From Pseudolabrys sp. (GTDB taxonomy: Bacteria; Pseudomonadota; Alphaproteobacteria; Rhizobiales; Xanthobacteraceae): a stretch of DNA of 64,000 bases. Shown here piece by piece: positions 1-12,955 of this stretch. A model generated the notes under the pieces. The model did no database searches, had not been told where the DNA came from, and saw only the letters and a program-made list of their open reading frames with translations. Within the stretch, counting starts at the first letter, position 1, and each line of letters starts with the position of its first letter. The translations under genes were made by a program, and so were the position numbers. The DNA is taken from NCBI GenBank assembly GCA_037200245.1, contig JBBCIM010000029.1, forward strand, positions 166,342 through 230,341. Direction: 5' to 3'.

Positions 1-446
1 TCGTTTTTTACCACACACATTATTTCGTCATCGAAAACCGATTGCAGTTCATCGCCCGGCTTCAAGCCAACCAAAGAAAAACGGAAATTCGATTTGCGCT
101 TTCGCTCTTCGTTCAGCGCAACTTGATCGTCTTCTTCGATGATGACTTCTTGCCCCGGTGTCATATTTTTGATGGCCAGCAATTCGATGATTGCCTTCGG
201 TTTTGTCCGGGAAATTCGAAAGAACTCTCGGCTCTTTCGAATGCGATGGTCGCCAAATGCCTCGTGAATCGCTCGCTCAATCTTTGCCGGATCTGTCACC
301 TCGGCGGCGTAAAAGCATTCAAATGGCACCGGCACAGATGTATTATCTAGGCTGCGAATTCGATCTTCGACGCTACTGCCGGTGACACCAATTTTGATCA
401 ACCCCGGCATTGCTCCATTTGTAAGGACGTAAACCACCCCAGACAT
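1..446 (-). CDS. GIY-YIG superfamily / T5orf172-domain protein (runs off left edge; not in the ORF track)
   Basis: Manual translation from ATG at 446 (GAGGT RBS): MSGVVYVLTNGAMPGLIKIGVT...DNTSVPVPFECFYAAEV...IERAIHEAFGDHRIRKSREFF, with the typical T5orf172 motifs; open to the window edge. Confidence 0.8.
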   Translation of the reverse strand, partial: MSGVVYVLTNGAMPGLIKIGVTGSSVEDRIRSLDNTSVPVPFECFYAAEVTDPAKIERAIHEAFGDHRIRKSREFFRISRTKPKAIIELLAIKNMTPGQEVIIEEDDQVALNEERKRKSNFRFSLVGLKPGDELQSVFDDEIMCVVKN

Positions 447-571
447 TAGAACACCTCTCATCGCCAAATAGAGCCGTGCAATTTCCAATTCTGCCATTGT
501 CGGTCTCGACCCGGCAATCCATGATCGAGCGCGGCAAACGAAATCTTACGTAGGCAGGTGAAGGGCTCTTG

Positions 572-606
572 CTCATGGATGCCCGGGTCAAGCCCGGGCA
601 TGACGG
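572..606. repeat. REP-like palindrome (GCCCGGGTCAAGCCCGGGCATGAC)
   Basis: GC-rich hairpin ending in ATGACG, directly after the pccB stop; same family as 15737-15822. Confidence 0.7.
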
Positions 607-2140
607 CTAGAGTGGCAGATTATCGTGCTTCCGCGTCGGCATTTCGGTGTGCTTGTGCCGCAGCATGGCGAGCGCGCGGGCGAGCCTACGGCGCGTCGAG
701 TGCGGCATGATGACGTCGTCGATATAGCCGCGCTCGGCGGCGACGAAGGGCGACAGAAACCGGTCCTCGTATTCCTTGGTGCGCGCGGCAATCGCATCCT
801 TGTCGCCGATGTCGGCGCGGAAGATGATCTCGACCGCGCCCTTGGCGCCCATCACCGCGATCTGCGCCGTCGGCCAGGCATAATTCAAATCGCCGCCGAC
901 GTGCTTCGACGCCATCACGTCATAGGCGCCGCCGAAGGCCTTGCGCGTGATGACGGTGACCAGCGGCACTGTGCACTGGCTATATGCGAACAGCAGCTTG
1001 GCGCCGTGCTTGATCAGGCCGCCATATTCCTGGTCGGTGCCGGGCAGGAAGCCTGGCACATCGACGAAGGTGACGATCGGGATATTGAAGGCGTCACAAA
1101 AACGGACAAAGCGCGCGGCCTTGCGCGACGCGGCACTGTCCAAGACGCCGGCGAGCACCAGCGGCTGGTTGGCGACAAAGCCGACCGAGCGGCCGGCGAT
1201 GCGGCCAAAGCCTACGACGATGTTCATGGCGTGCTTGGGCGAAATCTCGAAGAAGTCGCCCTCGTCCACGACTTTGAGGATCAGCTCCTTGATGTCGTAA
1301 GGCTTGTTCGGATTGTCCGGGATCAGCGTGTCAAGCGATTCATCTATACGGTCGACGTCGTCGGCCGCCGGCCATTCCGGCACGCCGCTCTCGTTGTTGG
1401 CCGGCAGGAAGTCGATCAGGCGGCGCATCTGCAGCAGGCATTCGACGTCGTTCTCGAAGGCGCCATCGGCAACGCCGGACTTGGTGGTGTGCACCGAGGC
1501 GCCGCCGAGTTCTTCCGCGGTGACGACTTCGTTGGTGACCGTCTTCACCACGTCGGGTCCGGTGACGAACATGTAGGACGTGTCGCGCACCATGAAGATG
1601 GAAATCGGTCATGGCCGGCGAATAGACGTCGCCGCCGGCGCACGGCCCCATGATGACGCTGATCTGCGGGATGACGCCGGAGGCCATCACGTTGCGCTTG
1701 AACACCTCGCCGTAGCCGCCGAGCGCAGCGACCCCCTCCTGGATGCGCGCGCCGCCGGCATCGAACAGGCCGATGACGGGGCAGCGCGCCTTCATCGCCA
1801 TGTCCTGCACCTTGATGATCTTCTGCGCGTGGGTCTCGCTGAGCGAGCCGCCGAACACGGTGAAGTCCTTGGAAAACAGATAGACCGCGCGGCCATTGAC
1901 CGTGCCCCAGCCGGTGATGACGCCGTCGCCGGGGATCTTGGTCTTCTCCATGCCGAAGTCGGAGGAGCGGTGCTCGACGAACATATCGAATTCCTCGAAC
2001 GAGCCCTTGTCGAGCAAAAGCTCGACGCGCTCGCGGGCGGTCAGCTTGCCGCGTTTGTGCTGGGCCTCGATGCGCTTTACGCCGCCGCCCAGCCGCGCAT
2101 CGGCGCGCCGCTCTTCCAGCCTGTCGAGGATGTCTTTCAT
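607..2140 (-). CDS. pccB: Propionyl-CoA/acyl-CoA carboxylase beta (carboxyltransferase) subunit; one frameshift near 1600
   Basis: [40 protein letters not shown] and C-terminal KHDNLPL; ORFs 1340-2140 and 607-1593. Confidence 0.92.
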
Positions 2141-2267
2141 GGTCGCCCAGCCCCTATTCGCGCCTCACGGCCGCAATCATTGCTGCATTGCGGTGCAAAA
2201 GCCATACCATGACGGCCCGCAACGCGGCAGGCTTGGCACGGCCCGCAAAGCCTGATTAGAAGCCTGC

Positions 2268-3042
2268 ATGACCGCTCCCCCCGCCTCGATAGCACTGCTG
2301 CAACAGGGCCTGTTCCACCACCGCCAGGGCCAGCTTGCGCTGGCCATGGACCGCTATACCGACGTGCTGCGCACCGACCCGAAGAACCCGGATGCGCTCT
2401 ACTACGTCGCCGTGGTGGCCTGCCAGGAAGGCCAGTTCGAGCAAGGCGCAGCGCTCGCCCGCCGCGCCATCGAATCCGGGCCGCCGCAGGCGCGGGTGCA
2501 CAACCTGCTCGGCCAGGCCCATGACCGGCTCGGCGAACCGCTGGAGGCGATCAAGCAATACGACCAGGCCATCGCCATCGATCCGGATTTCGCCGAAGCG
2601 CATGGCAACCGCGCCGGCATCATGGCCAGCGCGGGGGTTTCCTGAAGAAGCGCTCAAGAGCTTCGACCGCGCATTGGCGCTCAATCCGAATCCGACCGAT
2701 TGGGTCAACCGCGGCAGCGTGCTGATCGATCTGGGCCGGATCGACGAGGCGATCGCAAGCTACGACAAAGCAATCGCGATCGATGCCAAATCGCCGGCGC
2801 CGCACTTCATCCGCGCCAATGCGCTGCGCGACGCCAAGCGGCACGACGAAGCGCTGGCCGGATACGACCGGGCGATCAAGGAAGCGCAGGATTTCGTGCC
2901 GGCGCATCGCGCCCGCGCCAGTCTGCTGGAGACGATGGGCCGCGCCGACGAAGCACGCGCCAGCAACGAGCGCGCGGCGGCGCTCGAGGCGCTAGCGGAG
3001 CAGCAGAAGCGCGGCAGCGCGACGGCGGCGATCCGTCGCTGA
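2268..3042 (+). CDS. Tetratricopeptide-repeat protein (frameshift near 2640)
   Basis: Repeated TPR motifs (EAIKQYDQAIAIDPDFAEAHGNRA; EAIASYDKAIAIDAKS). Confidence 0.85.
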
Positions 3043-3062
3043 ATTAAATTTCGCGCTTCTTA

Positions 3063-3119
3063 TTCGAACACTTATCCGTAAATTATCGAACACTTTTTCG
3101 AACGCTTTTTCGAACACTT
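3063..3119. repeat. Short direct repeats TCGAAC(A/G)CTT, four copies, three in 12-bp tandem
   Basis: GAAC cores at 3066, 3088, 3100 and 3112. Confidence 0.6.
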
Positions 3120-3213
3120 GGAAGCCGCAATTGGTGCAAGGCGCGAACGCGCACGTGCTCCAAGTGTCAAATTAAATAAGCCGGCAAAGAAAAAAGAAAC
3201 GCGCCGTGTTCCC

Positions 3214-3239
3214 GGAACGCAAGCGCGCCGGGCGCGGTT
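3214..3239 (+). promoter_or_regulatory. Putative EcfG/RpoE2 general-stress promoter GGAAC-N17-GGTT
   Basis: Motif ~40 bp upstream of a small Q/G-rich ORF that precedes dps. Confidence 0.5.
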
Positions 3240-3276
3240 GACCCACGTTGAACAAGATCACCAAAGGAGTTCCATC

Positions 3277-3447
3277 ATGACGAGTTCTAACCAGAACCAA
3301 GGCGGCCAGCAAAACCAGGGCGGTCAGCACGGCGGACAACAGGGCGATCAGACGCAGAAGCCCGGCCAGCAGACCCAGAACCCCGGTCAGGGCGGACAGC
3401 AGGGCGACAAGTCGACGGGTAAACCGGCGCAGCAGCCCCAGAAGTAA
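3277..3447 (+). CDS. Small hydrophilic Gln/Gly-rich protein, probably stress-induced
   Basis: AAGGAG RBS; MTSSNQNQGGQQNQGGQHGGQQG...; followed by a terminator. Confidence 0.7.
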   Translation: MTSSNQNQGGQQNQGGQHGGQQGDQTQKPGQQTQNPGQGGQQGDKSTGKPAQQPQK

Positions 3448-3470
3448 TTTCTTCGCGAGCCTCCAAACGG

Positions 3471-3506
3471 AAAGCCCGGCGCGTTGCCGGGCTTTTTGTT
3501 TTTTTG
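3471..3506 (+). terminator. Rho-independent terminator
   Basis: AAAGCCCGGC-GCGTT-GCCGGGCTTT followed by a T tract. Confidence 0.8.
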
Positions 3507-3590
3507 TCATTGACGGACATCAAGGTTCGGTGACGGCCAAAGCGCATTCTGCTACGCTTGATCGACCCTTCTCCCGTTAGGAATATTGCC

Positions 3591-4103
3591 ATGACGAAGT
3601 CCACCCCGCGTCTCGCGACCCCGACCGACCTCCACTCCAACGCCACCAAAGATATTGCCGCCGCGCTCAACGCGATCCTGGCCGACACTTTCGTGCTCTA
3701 CATGAAGACCAAGAATTTCCATTGGCATGTCAGCGGCCCGCATTTCCGCGACTACCACCTGCTGCTTGACGAGCACGCCGACCAAGTGTTTGCCACAACC
3801 GACGTGATCGCCGAGCGCGTGCGCAAGATCGGCGGCAACACCTTGCGCTCGATCGGCGACATCGCGCGCCGGCAGCGGCTCGCCGACAACGATGCGGACT
3901 ATGTCGAGCCCCAGGATATGCTCGCCGAACTGCGTGACGACAACCAGCGCGTGGTCGCCTCGATGCGCGAGGCACACGACCTGTGCGACGAACACCGCGA
4001 CATCGCTACCGCCAGCCTGCTCGAGAATTTCATCGACGAGGCCGAGAGGCGCGTGTGGTTTCTCTACGAGATCAGCCGCAAGGGCGATCCGACCGGGCAT
4101 TAG
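3591..4103 (+). CDS. dps: DNA starvation/stationary phase protection protein Dps
   Basis: KTKNFHWHVSGPHFRDYHLLLDE, DVIAERVRKIGG, ERRVWFL. Confidence 0.93.
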   Translation: MTKSTPRLATPTDLHSNATKDIAAALNAILADTFVLYMKTKNFHWHVSGPHFRDYHLLLDEHADQVFATTDVIAERVRKIGGNTLRSIGDIARRQRLADNDADYVEPQDMLAELRDDNQRVVASMREAHDLCDEHRDIATASLLENFIDEAERRVWFLYEISRKGDPTGH

Positions 4104-4113
4104 CCACGCTGCC

Positions 4114-4145
4114 CGTCATCCTGAGGCGCGAGCCTCAGGATGACG
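4114..4145. repeat. REP-like palindrome CGTCATCCTGAGG...CCTCAGGATGACG
   Basis: Perfect inverted repeat between the convergent dps and ATP12 genes. Confidence 0.7.
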
Positions 4146-4922
4146 AGTTGATGTGCTTCAGCACGGTCGCGGCGGCTTGCATCTCGGCGAAGCGAAACGC
4201 GCGCCGGTCGAGCGCGACATCGTCGCGGCCCCAATGCGCCATTTGCCAATCCTCGTCGACATGGGCCGCGGCCCAGGCGGCTTCGGTGTCGATCCCGCCA
4301 TGCGCCAATGCGAGCGGCAGCAGCGCCGAACCGGTCATCGTCGTGATCGAGGCCACGGCGCCGAGCGCCCAAGGGTCGGCCGGTATGGCTTGGCGCGCGG
4401 CGGCGATCGCCGCTTCCGGCTGCGCGGCGTAGATAATGCCTTCGACCAAGATGAAACGCGCGCCGAGCTTGTGCTGCGCCCATGCCAGCACAGGGTCCCC
4501 AGTGTTGCGCTTGGCGCGCCACCAGCCCGGCGGGCGTCTCGGCACGATAGAACAACAAATCGGAGCCGAGATATTTCGCGACCTCGTCGGTCACGACTTG
4601 CATGCGGTCGCTCACCGCATCGATCACGGCGTTGGCGAGCCGCGTCAGCGGCATCAGGCCGGGCTCGATCGCGGTCTCCTGCGCATTCCATTCCGCGGCG
4701 ATATCCTGCGCGACCGCTTTGGCGGGCGCGGCCAGACTGCGGCGCGCCGGCGTCTTGACCGGCTTGCCGTCAAGCAACACCGGATAGCCGCCCTCGCCCG
4801 CTTCATCGCCGACGGAGGCGCTGCGGTAGAATCGCTTGCGCAACTCCGGCCGCGAGCCGCGGCGCGCGGAGACCATCGGGTATCGGCTGCTGGTCGAAAA
4901 GATCGGTGAGAATGTCTCGCAT
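4135..4922 (-). CDS. ATP12 family F1-ATPase assembly chaperone (frameshifted)
   Basis: KRFY, LLDGKPVKTP, IAAEW, MPLTRLAN, DLLFYRA, AAHVDEDWQ...WG. Confidence 0.88.
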
Positions 4923-5012
4923 CACGATACCGTCATTGTGCGCCGCAACAGATTAGAGCAGCGAAATTGCATAGCGCCTTTTGAGCCAAAATTAGCCATT
5001 CGGTACACCTAT

Positions 5013-5026
5013 TTGATAAGTTGCAA
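5013..5026. promoter_or_regulatory. Possible FixK/FNR-type box TTGA-N6-GCAA
   Basis: TTGATAAGTTGCAA in the divergent intergenic region upstream of the oxidoreductase operon. Confidence 0.3.
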
Positions 5027-5272
5027 CGTCCCTTTGCCTTGTCACGTGCCATGCTGGCGCCGCTTTCGGAGAGCGAAAACATCGGCTGCGATTGTGCAGT
5101 TGCTGTGTCACAGGCACGACCGAAGGATAGCCTTAGGCCGTTGATACTCATATTATCGGGCTCTGAATCGGGCCGGATAACAAGGCCGCCGGAGGAAATA
5201 CCAGCCGCGCATAGGCTGTGACGCGACCTGTCAGTGTCATGTGCGGAGCGGGACGCGTGTTCTGAGGAAGCA

Positions 5273-7073
<1,801 letters not shown>

Positions 7074-8882
7074 ACGACTTCGTCGTCCGCTTCGCCAACG
7101 TCAACGGCTCGGGTTCCGCGAGCGCCAACGAGATGTTTGCCCGCGCGGTGATGCGCATGGGCATTCCGGTGGCGCCGCGCAACATCTCCCGTCCAACATC
7201 CAAGGCCTGCCGACCTGGTACGAAGTGCGCGTCTCGGAAGCCGGCCACCTCGGCGCCCGCGGCGGCACCGACCTGATGGTGGCGATGAATCCGCAGACCT
7301 TCGACAAGGACATCGCCTCGATCGAGCCCGGCGGCTATTTGTTCTACGATTCGACCAAGGAATTGCCGGCCTCGAAATTCCGCCAGGACATCACCGTCAT
7401 CGGCGTGCCGCTGACCGCGATCTGCAACCGCGAATACAAAGACCCGCGCCAGCGCCAATTGTTCAAGAACATCATCTATATCGGCGCCCTGACCGCCCTG
7501 CTTGAGATGGACGTGAAGGTGGTCGAGCAGCTCATCGGCGAGCAGTACAAGGGCAAGGACAAGCTGATCGAGCCCAATATCAAAGCGCTGCATATCGGCC
7601 GCGACTACGCACGCTCAATCTCAACCACACCGATCGGGCTGCGGCTGAAGAAATGCGACAAAGTCGGCGACCGCATTTTCATCGAAGGCAACGCCGCGGC
7701 GGCGCTCGGCGCGGTCTATGGCGGCGCCACGGTCTGCGCCTGGTATCCGATCACGCCGTCGTCGTCGCTGGCCGATGCCTTCACCCGGCACTGTGCCAAG
7801 CTGCGCGTCGATCCCGTCACCAAGCAGGCGAAATACGCCATCATCCAGGCCGAGGATGAACTGGCCTCGATCGGCATCGTCATCGGCGCCGGCTGGAAAC
7901 GGCGCCCGCGCCTTCACCGCGACCTCCGGCCCCGGCATTTCGCTGATGCAGGAGTTCATCGGGCTTTCGTATTTCGCGGAAATTCCGGCGGTCATTTTCG
8001 ACGTGCAGCGCGCCGGGCCTTCGACCGGCATGCCGACGCGCACCCGGCAGTGCGACATCATCTCCTGCGCCTATGCCTCGCACGGCGACACCAAACACAT
8101 TCTGCTGTTCCCGGAAGACCCGACCGAAGCCTTCGAATTCGGTGCCGCCGCCTTCGATCTCGCCGACCGGCTGCAGACCACGATTTTCGTCATGCTCGAT
8201 CTCGACATCGGCATGAACCACCATCTGTCGCAGCCGTTCAAATGGGACGACACCCGCGCCTATGACCGCGGCAAGGTGATGACCGCCGAGGAACTGGAAG
8301 CGGGCCGCGAATTCGGCCGTTATCTCGACGTCGACGGCGACGGCATCCCCTACCGCACCTATCCGGGTACGCATCCGACCAAGGCTCATTCTTCACCCGC
8401 GGCACCTCGCGCGACCGTTACGCCAAGTACACCGAGGAAGGCGCGCCTTACGTCGACAACATGCAGCGGCTGATCCGCAAGTTCGATACCGCCAAGGATA
8501 TGGTGCCGCGGCCGTTGCAGGCGGATGCGGCCAAGCCGACCAAATACGGCGTGCTGTATTTCGGCTCGACGTCGCCGGCGATGGATGAGGCCATTCACAT
8601 GATCGAGGCGCGCGGCCATACGCTCGACCGCATGCGCATCCGCGCCTTCCCGTTCCATTCGAGCGTCAACAGTTTCGTCGCCGACCACGATTTCGTCTTC
8701 GTGGTCGAGCAGAACCGCGACGCGCAGATGCGCTCGCTGATCGTCAACGAATGCGGCATCGACCCGGTGCGGCTGGTGCCCATCCTGCATTACGACGGCA
8801 CGCCGATCACCGCGAGATTCATCGCCAAGGCTATCGGCGATCATCTCGAGCAGTTGAAGGTTGCGCCGATGAAGGTGAACTC

Positions 8883-9937
8883 ATGACCTATCTCGCGAAG
8901 CCGAAATTCCAGCATCCGGATCTGCCGAAGAACGAGCTCGGCTACACCCACCGCGACTACGAAGGCACGGTGTCGACGCTGTGCGCGGGCTGCGGCCATG
9001 ACTCGATCACGGCCGCAATCATCCAGGCCTGTTTCGAATTATCGATCGAGCCGCATCGGGTGGCCAAGATTTCCGGCATCGGCTGCTCGTCGAAGACGCC
9101 GACCTACTTCCTCGGCAATTCGCACGGCTTCAATTCGGTACAAGGCCGCATGCCGTCGGTCTTGACCGCGCGAACCTCGCCAACCGCGACCTGATCTATC
9201 TCGGCGTGTCCGGCGACGGCGATTCGGCCTCGATCGGGCTCGGCCAGTTCGCCCACAGCCTGCGCCGCGGCGTCAACATGACCTATATCGTCGAGAACAA
9301 CGGCGTTTACGGGCTAACCAAGGGCCAGTTCTCGGCCACCGCCGACCGTGGCTCGAAGTCGAAGCGCGGCTTCGTCAACACCGACAATTCCATCGATCTC
9401 GCGGCCATGGCGCTGCAGCTTGGCGCGAGCTTCGTCGCCCGCTCCTTCTCCGGCGACAAGCAGCAACTGGTGCCGATCATCAAGGCGGCCATCGCGCACA
9501 AAGGCGCTGCCTTCATCGACATCATCTCGCCTTGCGTGGCGTTCAACAACCACGCCGGCTCGACCAAGAGCTTCGATTTCGTGCGCGAGCACAACGAGGC
9601 GGTAAACCGGCTGGATTTCATCACCAGCCGGATGCCGATCGAGGTCGAATACGAGCCGGGCTCGGTCGAGATCGTCGAGCAGCATGACGGCTCGCGGCTG
9701 GCGCTGCGCAAGCTCGAGGCCGACTACGCGGTGCACGACCGCACCGCGGCGCTCGGCTTCCTGCAGCACCACGCCTCGAAGGGCCAGATCGTCACCGGTT
9801 TGCTCTATATGGAAAAAGAGCCGGACGACCTGCACGCGCACCTGCACACCGTCGCCGTGCCGCTCAATACGCTCAACGCCAAGGATCTGTGCCCCGGCCG
9901 GTCCGCGCTTGAGGCGATCAACGCGAGTTTGCGGTAG
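8883..9937 (+). CDS. 2-oxoacid:ferredoxin oxidoreductase beta subunit (KorB-like), frameshifted
   Basis: LCAGCGHD, SGIGCSSK, TPP-binding motif GDGD...NNGVYGLTKGQ. Confidence 0.9.
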
Positions 9938-10043
9938 GGTAACCCTTGATCCCGAGGCGCGCGCCGGATTGTGCGCGCCGGGCACGGCGCGTTAGCGCGA
10001 CGCGCTCATCTCCTATGCGCAGGTGATGGAGGAAATCTAATCT

Positions 10044-10154
10044 GTCATTCCGGAGCGCGGCTTAAGGCCGCGAACCCGGAATCCAGAGCAACATACCGCG
10101 CGTCCTTATTGCCCCTGGATTCCGGGTCCGGCCCTTCGGCCGTCCCGGTATGAC
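10044..10154. repeat. REP-like composite palindrome GTCATTCCGG...GGAATCCAG / CTGGATTCCGG...CCGGTATGAC
   Basis: Inverted ends GTCAT/ATGAC with internal hairpins. Confidence 0.7.
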
Positions 10155-10157
10155 TGC

Positions 10158-10580
10158 TTATTGATTAACGCACCCACCCACATAAGCATTGCGGTCGCCG
10201 ACGGGCGGGGCCATAGACGCCGGCCTGATGCGCGCAACGCGCGGCACGATCCTGGTAGGTTTCGGCGCCGCCGCGGCCCGAGCCCCACCGACGGCAAATT
10301 CGGCAGCACCTGCCCGGTCTGGGGGACCACCATCGGCGGCGGCACGGTGGTGGTGCGGCGGTGCGGCGATTTCGGGCGGCGGCGGGATGACGACGCGCTG
10401 CTGCAGCCCGCGCGGCGATTGGTAGGTCGGCGGCAGCCAAGGCGTATTGCTCGGCGCGGCGTGCCGGACGGGATGATTGAGTGCGCATTGTCTCCCGGCA
10501 GCGCACGCCGCGGGAAAAGCCGACGCAATCATCGGCACAATCAGCAAAGCGATCAGCAGCGTTTTGCGGCCCATACCCAT
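10158..10580 (-). CDS. Hypothetical exported Pro-rich protein (frameshifted)
   Basis: Signal-peptide-like N-terminus; C-terminal QDRAARCAHQAGVYG...YVGGCVNQ across frames. Confidence 0.55.
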   Translation of the reverse strand: MGMGRKTLLIALLIVPMIASAFPAACAAGRQCALNHPVRHAAPSNTPWLPPTYQSPRGLQQRVVIPPPPEIAAPPHHHRAAADGGPPDRAGAAEFAVGGARAAAAPKPTRIVPRVARIRPASMAPPVGDRNAYVGGCVNQ

Positions 10581-10607
10581 CAGATAAGAACCCCCCCAGG
10601 CCGTCCG

Positions 10608-11988
10608 CTACTCCTCCTCCGGCGCCTCTTCGATCGGATCGTAGCGCTTGGCGTCGAAGCCGAGCAGGTTCCAGGACTGCTCCATATGCGGCGGTAACGG
10701 CGCGGTGACGTCGATGGTTCCGCCGCGCGGATGCGGCACCACAATGCGGCGCGCCAGCAGATGCAGCTTGTTCTGCATGCCGCCGGGGAATTCGTAATTC
10801 TCGATGTTGAAATATTTCGGATCGCCGATGATCGGATTGCCGACATGGGCCATGTGCGCGCGCAATTGATGGGTGCGGCCGGTGACGGGCTTGAGCGAAA
10901 TCCAGGCGAGCTTCTGCGCCGCGTGTCGACTACCGCGTAATAGGTCACGGCGTGCACGGCATCTTTCTCGCCATGCTGGGCAATGCGCATGAAGGAGTCT
11001 TCTTCTCCTCCTGCTTGGCCAGATAAGTCGAGACGCGGCCCCTGCTTCGGCTTCGGCACGCCGGCCACAAGGGCCCAATAGATCTTGCGCGCCGAGCGGG
11101 TGCGGAAAGTCTTGGCCAAAGCCGCGGCGGCAAAGCGGGTCTTGGCCACCAGCAGGCAACCGGCGGTGTCCTTGTCGAGACGATGGACCAGGCGCGGACG
11201 CTGCGCATCGGCGTAGTTGCCGCGCAACGCTTCGAGCATGTCGTCGACGTTCTCCTTGACGCCGGAGCCGCCTTGCACGGCGAGACCCGCCGGCTTGTTG
11301 AGCACCAGCACGTCGTCGTCTTCCGACAGCGTGATCGAGCGGATGTATTCGCGGTCGCGCTGCGCCTTCGGCGCGTCGTCGCGCAGCTTCGGCGGCTCGA
11401 GCTGGAGCGGCGGGATGCGCACCGCCTGCCCTGCTTCGAGGCGGCTCTTGGGCTCGGTGCGTTTGCCGTCACCCGCACTTCGCCCTTACGGATAATGCGC
11501 TGGATATGGCTGAACGATAGACCCGGAAACCGCGCCTCGAAGAAGCGGGTCGACGCGCATGCCGTTTTCGTCGGCGGTCACCGTGACGTTCTGCACGCCG
11601 GCGGAATAATTCGCCGGCTTCAGATCGGCCTTGGGCTGCGGCGGCGCAACGGCGGCCGGCTGCTCGCGTGGCGGACGGGGCGCGAAGGCGCGGCCGTGAT
11701 CAGCCGGACGCCTGTCGTCGCGCTTGCGGGCGGGCCCACGGAAACCGGCGGGCTTTTCACCACGCGATTCAGCGCGCAAATCTGGACGTTTATTGTCCGG
11801 GCGCTTGTCGCCACGCTTGCCGGCGCGGAAGTCACCACGCAAATCGGGACGTTTGCTGCGGGGCGCGCGGCGGCGCCCCGCGCGGGGCGACCTTCCCGAT
11901 TGTCGGGATGGCGAGAGCCCTTGCGGCCGCCGGCGCGGGAGCCTGCGCCCTGCTTGCCACCGCCGTAACCGCCTTTGCGCATTCTCAT
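10608..11988 (-). CDS. RluA/RluC family pseudouridine synthase with a long basic N-terminal extension; frameshifted
   Basis: LNKPAGLAVQGG, catalytic HRLDKDT, TGRTHQLRAH, IIGDPKY. Confidence 0.9.
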
Positions 11989-12033
11989 GTCAATTCGTCC
12001 AGTTCGGATCAGCGGCTGTCAACCGCTGCGGTA

Positions 12034-12309
12034 TCACGCGCGGCGACGCCGCGCGGTGTGGAAAATTGCGACAATCCGAACGGTCGCACCACTCACACGA
12101 TGGATGACGACGTAAGGATAGCCTGGCACTGACAGCAATCGAGTGCCGTTGAGGCTTGGCCGGCCGGAAAGCGGTAGCACGTCGAGGCGAGCGATTGCTT
12201 GCTCGATGCGGTCAACCACCTTTCCGGCGGCATCCGGATTTTCTTGAGCGATGTAGCTGCGGATCGCTTCCAAATCCCTCAGTGCACCTCTGAGGTAGAT
12301 GACTTTCAT
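12034..12309 (-). CDS. RelE/ParE family type II toxin
   Basis: ALRDLEAIRSYIAQENPDAA...GR...YVVIHRV...IVAIFHTAR. Confidence 0.85.
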   Translation of the reverse strand: MKVIYLRGALRDLEAIRSYIAQENPDAAGKVVDRIEQAIARLDVLPLSGRPSLNGTRLLSVPGYPYVVIHRVSGATVRIVAIFHTARRRRA

Positions 12310-12524
12310 GATTTAAAGCGACTGAAAAATTCCCTTACCTCTTCGTCGCTGGCGACGTCGTCCTCCTCCAGCCGCTTCTCGACCTCCGCGATCTGTTCCG
12401 GCGTCAGCACGATTTCCGCTTCGCGCGCTTCGATGAATTCCAGCAAAATTTCCGCGGCCTCCTGCTGCTCGTCTTCCGACAGCGCTTTGACCTTGGTGAG
12501 AGCCTCGTCGAGGCGCTTGTTCAT
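12306..12524 (-). CDS. Cognate acidic antitoxin (addiction-module-like)
   Basis: 72 aa, acidic, LTPEQIAEVEKRL; 4-nt overlap with the toxin start. Confidence 0.75.
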   Translation of the reverse strand: MNKRLDEALTKVKALSEDEQQEAAEILLEFIEAREAEIVLTPEQIAEVEKRLEEDDVASDEEVREFFSRFKS

Positions 12525-12599
12525 GGCGGCCTACCCTTCGCTGCCCGCATTATAGCAGACGAATCAAGGCGAATCGACGCCGGTTCCGCCCGCCCCTTG

Positions 12600-12955
12600 T
12601 CACTCGCACCGGCCCATGTCGCTTTTTGGGCCGCGGTTCCAGGTGACCGCAAGCCGGCCACTGTGCGGGGTCATCGACACCGGGATCGACCGCTCGCCGT
12701 CGGCGCCCCAGCAATAGGCCTGGATATGGACGGTCTCGCCGGTCTTGTACATACGCCCGACCCGGCAGCTATCGCCGAGCCAGCGCACCGCGTAGCGGTG
12801 ACGACGAAGGGCGAGCGCTCCGGGCTGTCGCCCGAACCCCAGCACGAGCCGGGATCGGCCCGCCCCAGCGGCCGTTGATCGTCTCGGCGGCCCCGCGACG
12901 GCGACGCCGCGGACAGCGCCACGGCGGCCACCGGCAGCCATTTCCAGAACATCAT
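12600..12955 (-). CDS. Hypothetical exported protein (frameshifted)
   Basis: Signal peptide [16 protein letters not shown]; Cys-containing C-terminal domain; start overlaps the rarA stop. Confidence 0.55.

Noticed and set aside
42-591. ORF-track calls 42-350 (+), 191-385 (+) and 373-591 (-)
   Set aside because: They overlap the better-supported T5orf172 gene (1-446, minus strand) and the REP.
3063-3119. CRISPR array or confident LexA operator
   Set aside because: The repeats are too short with no spacers, there are no cas genes in the window, and the spacing is N8 rather than N7.
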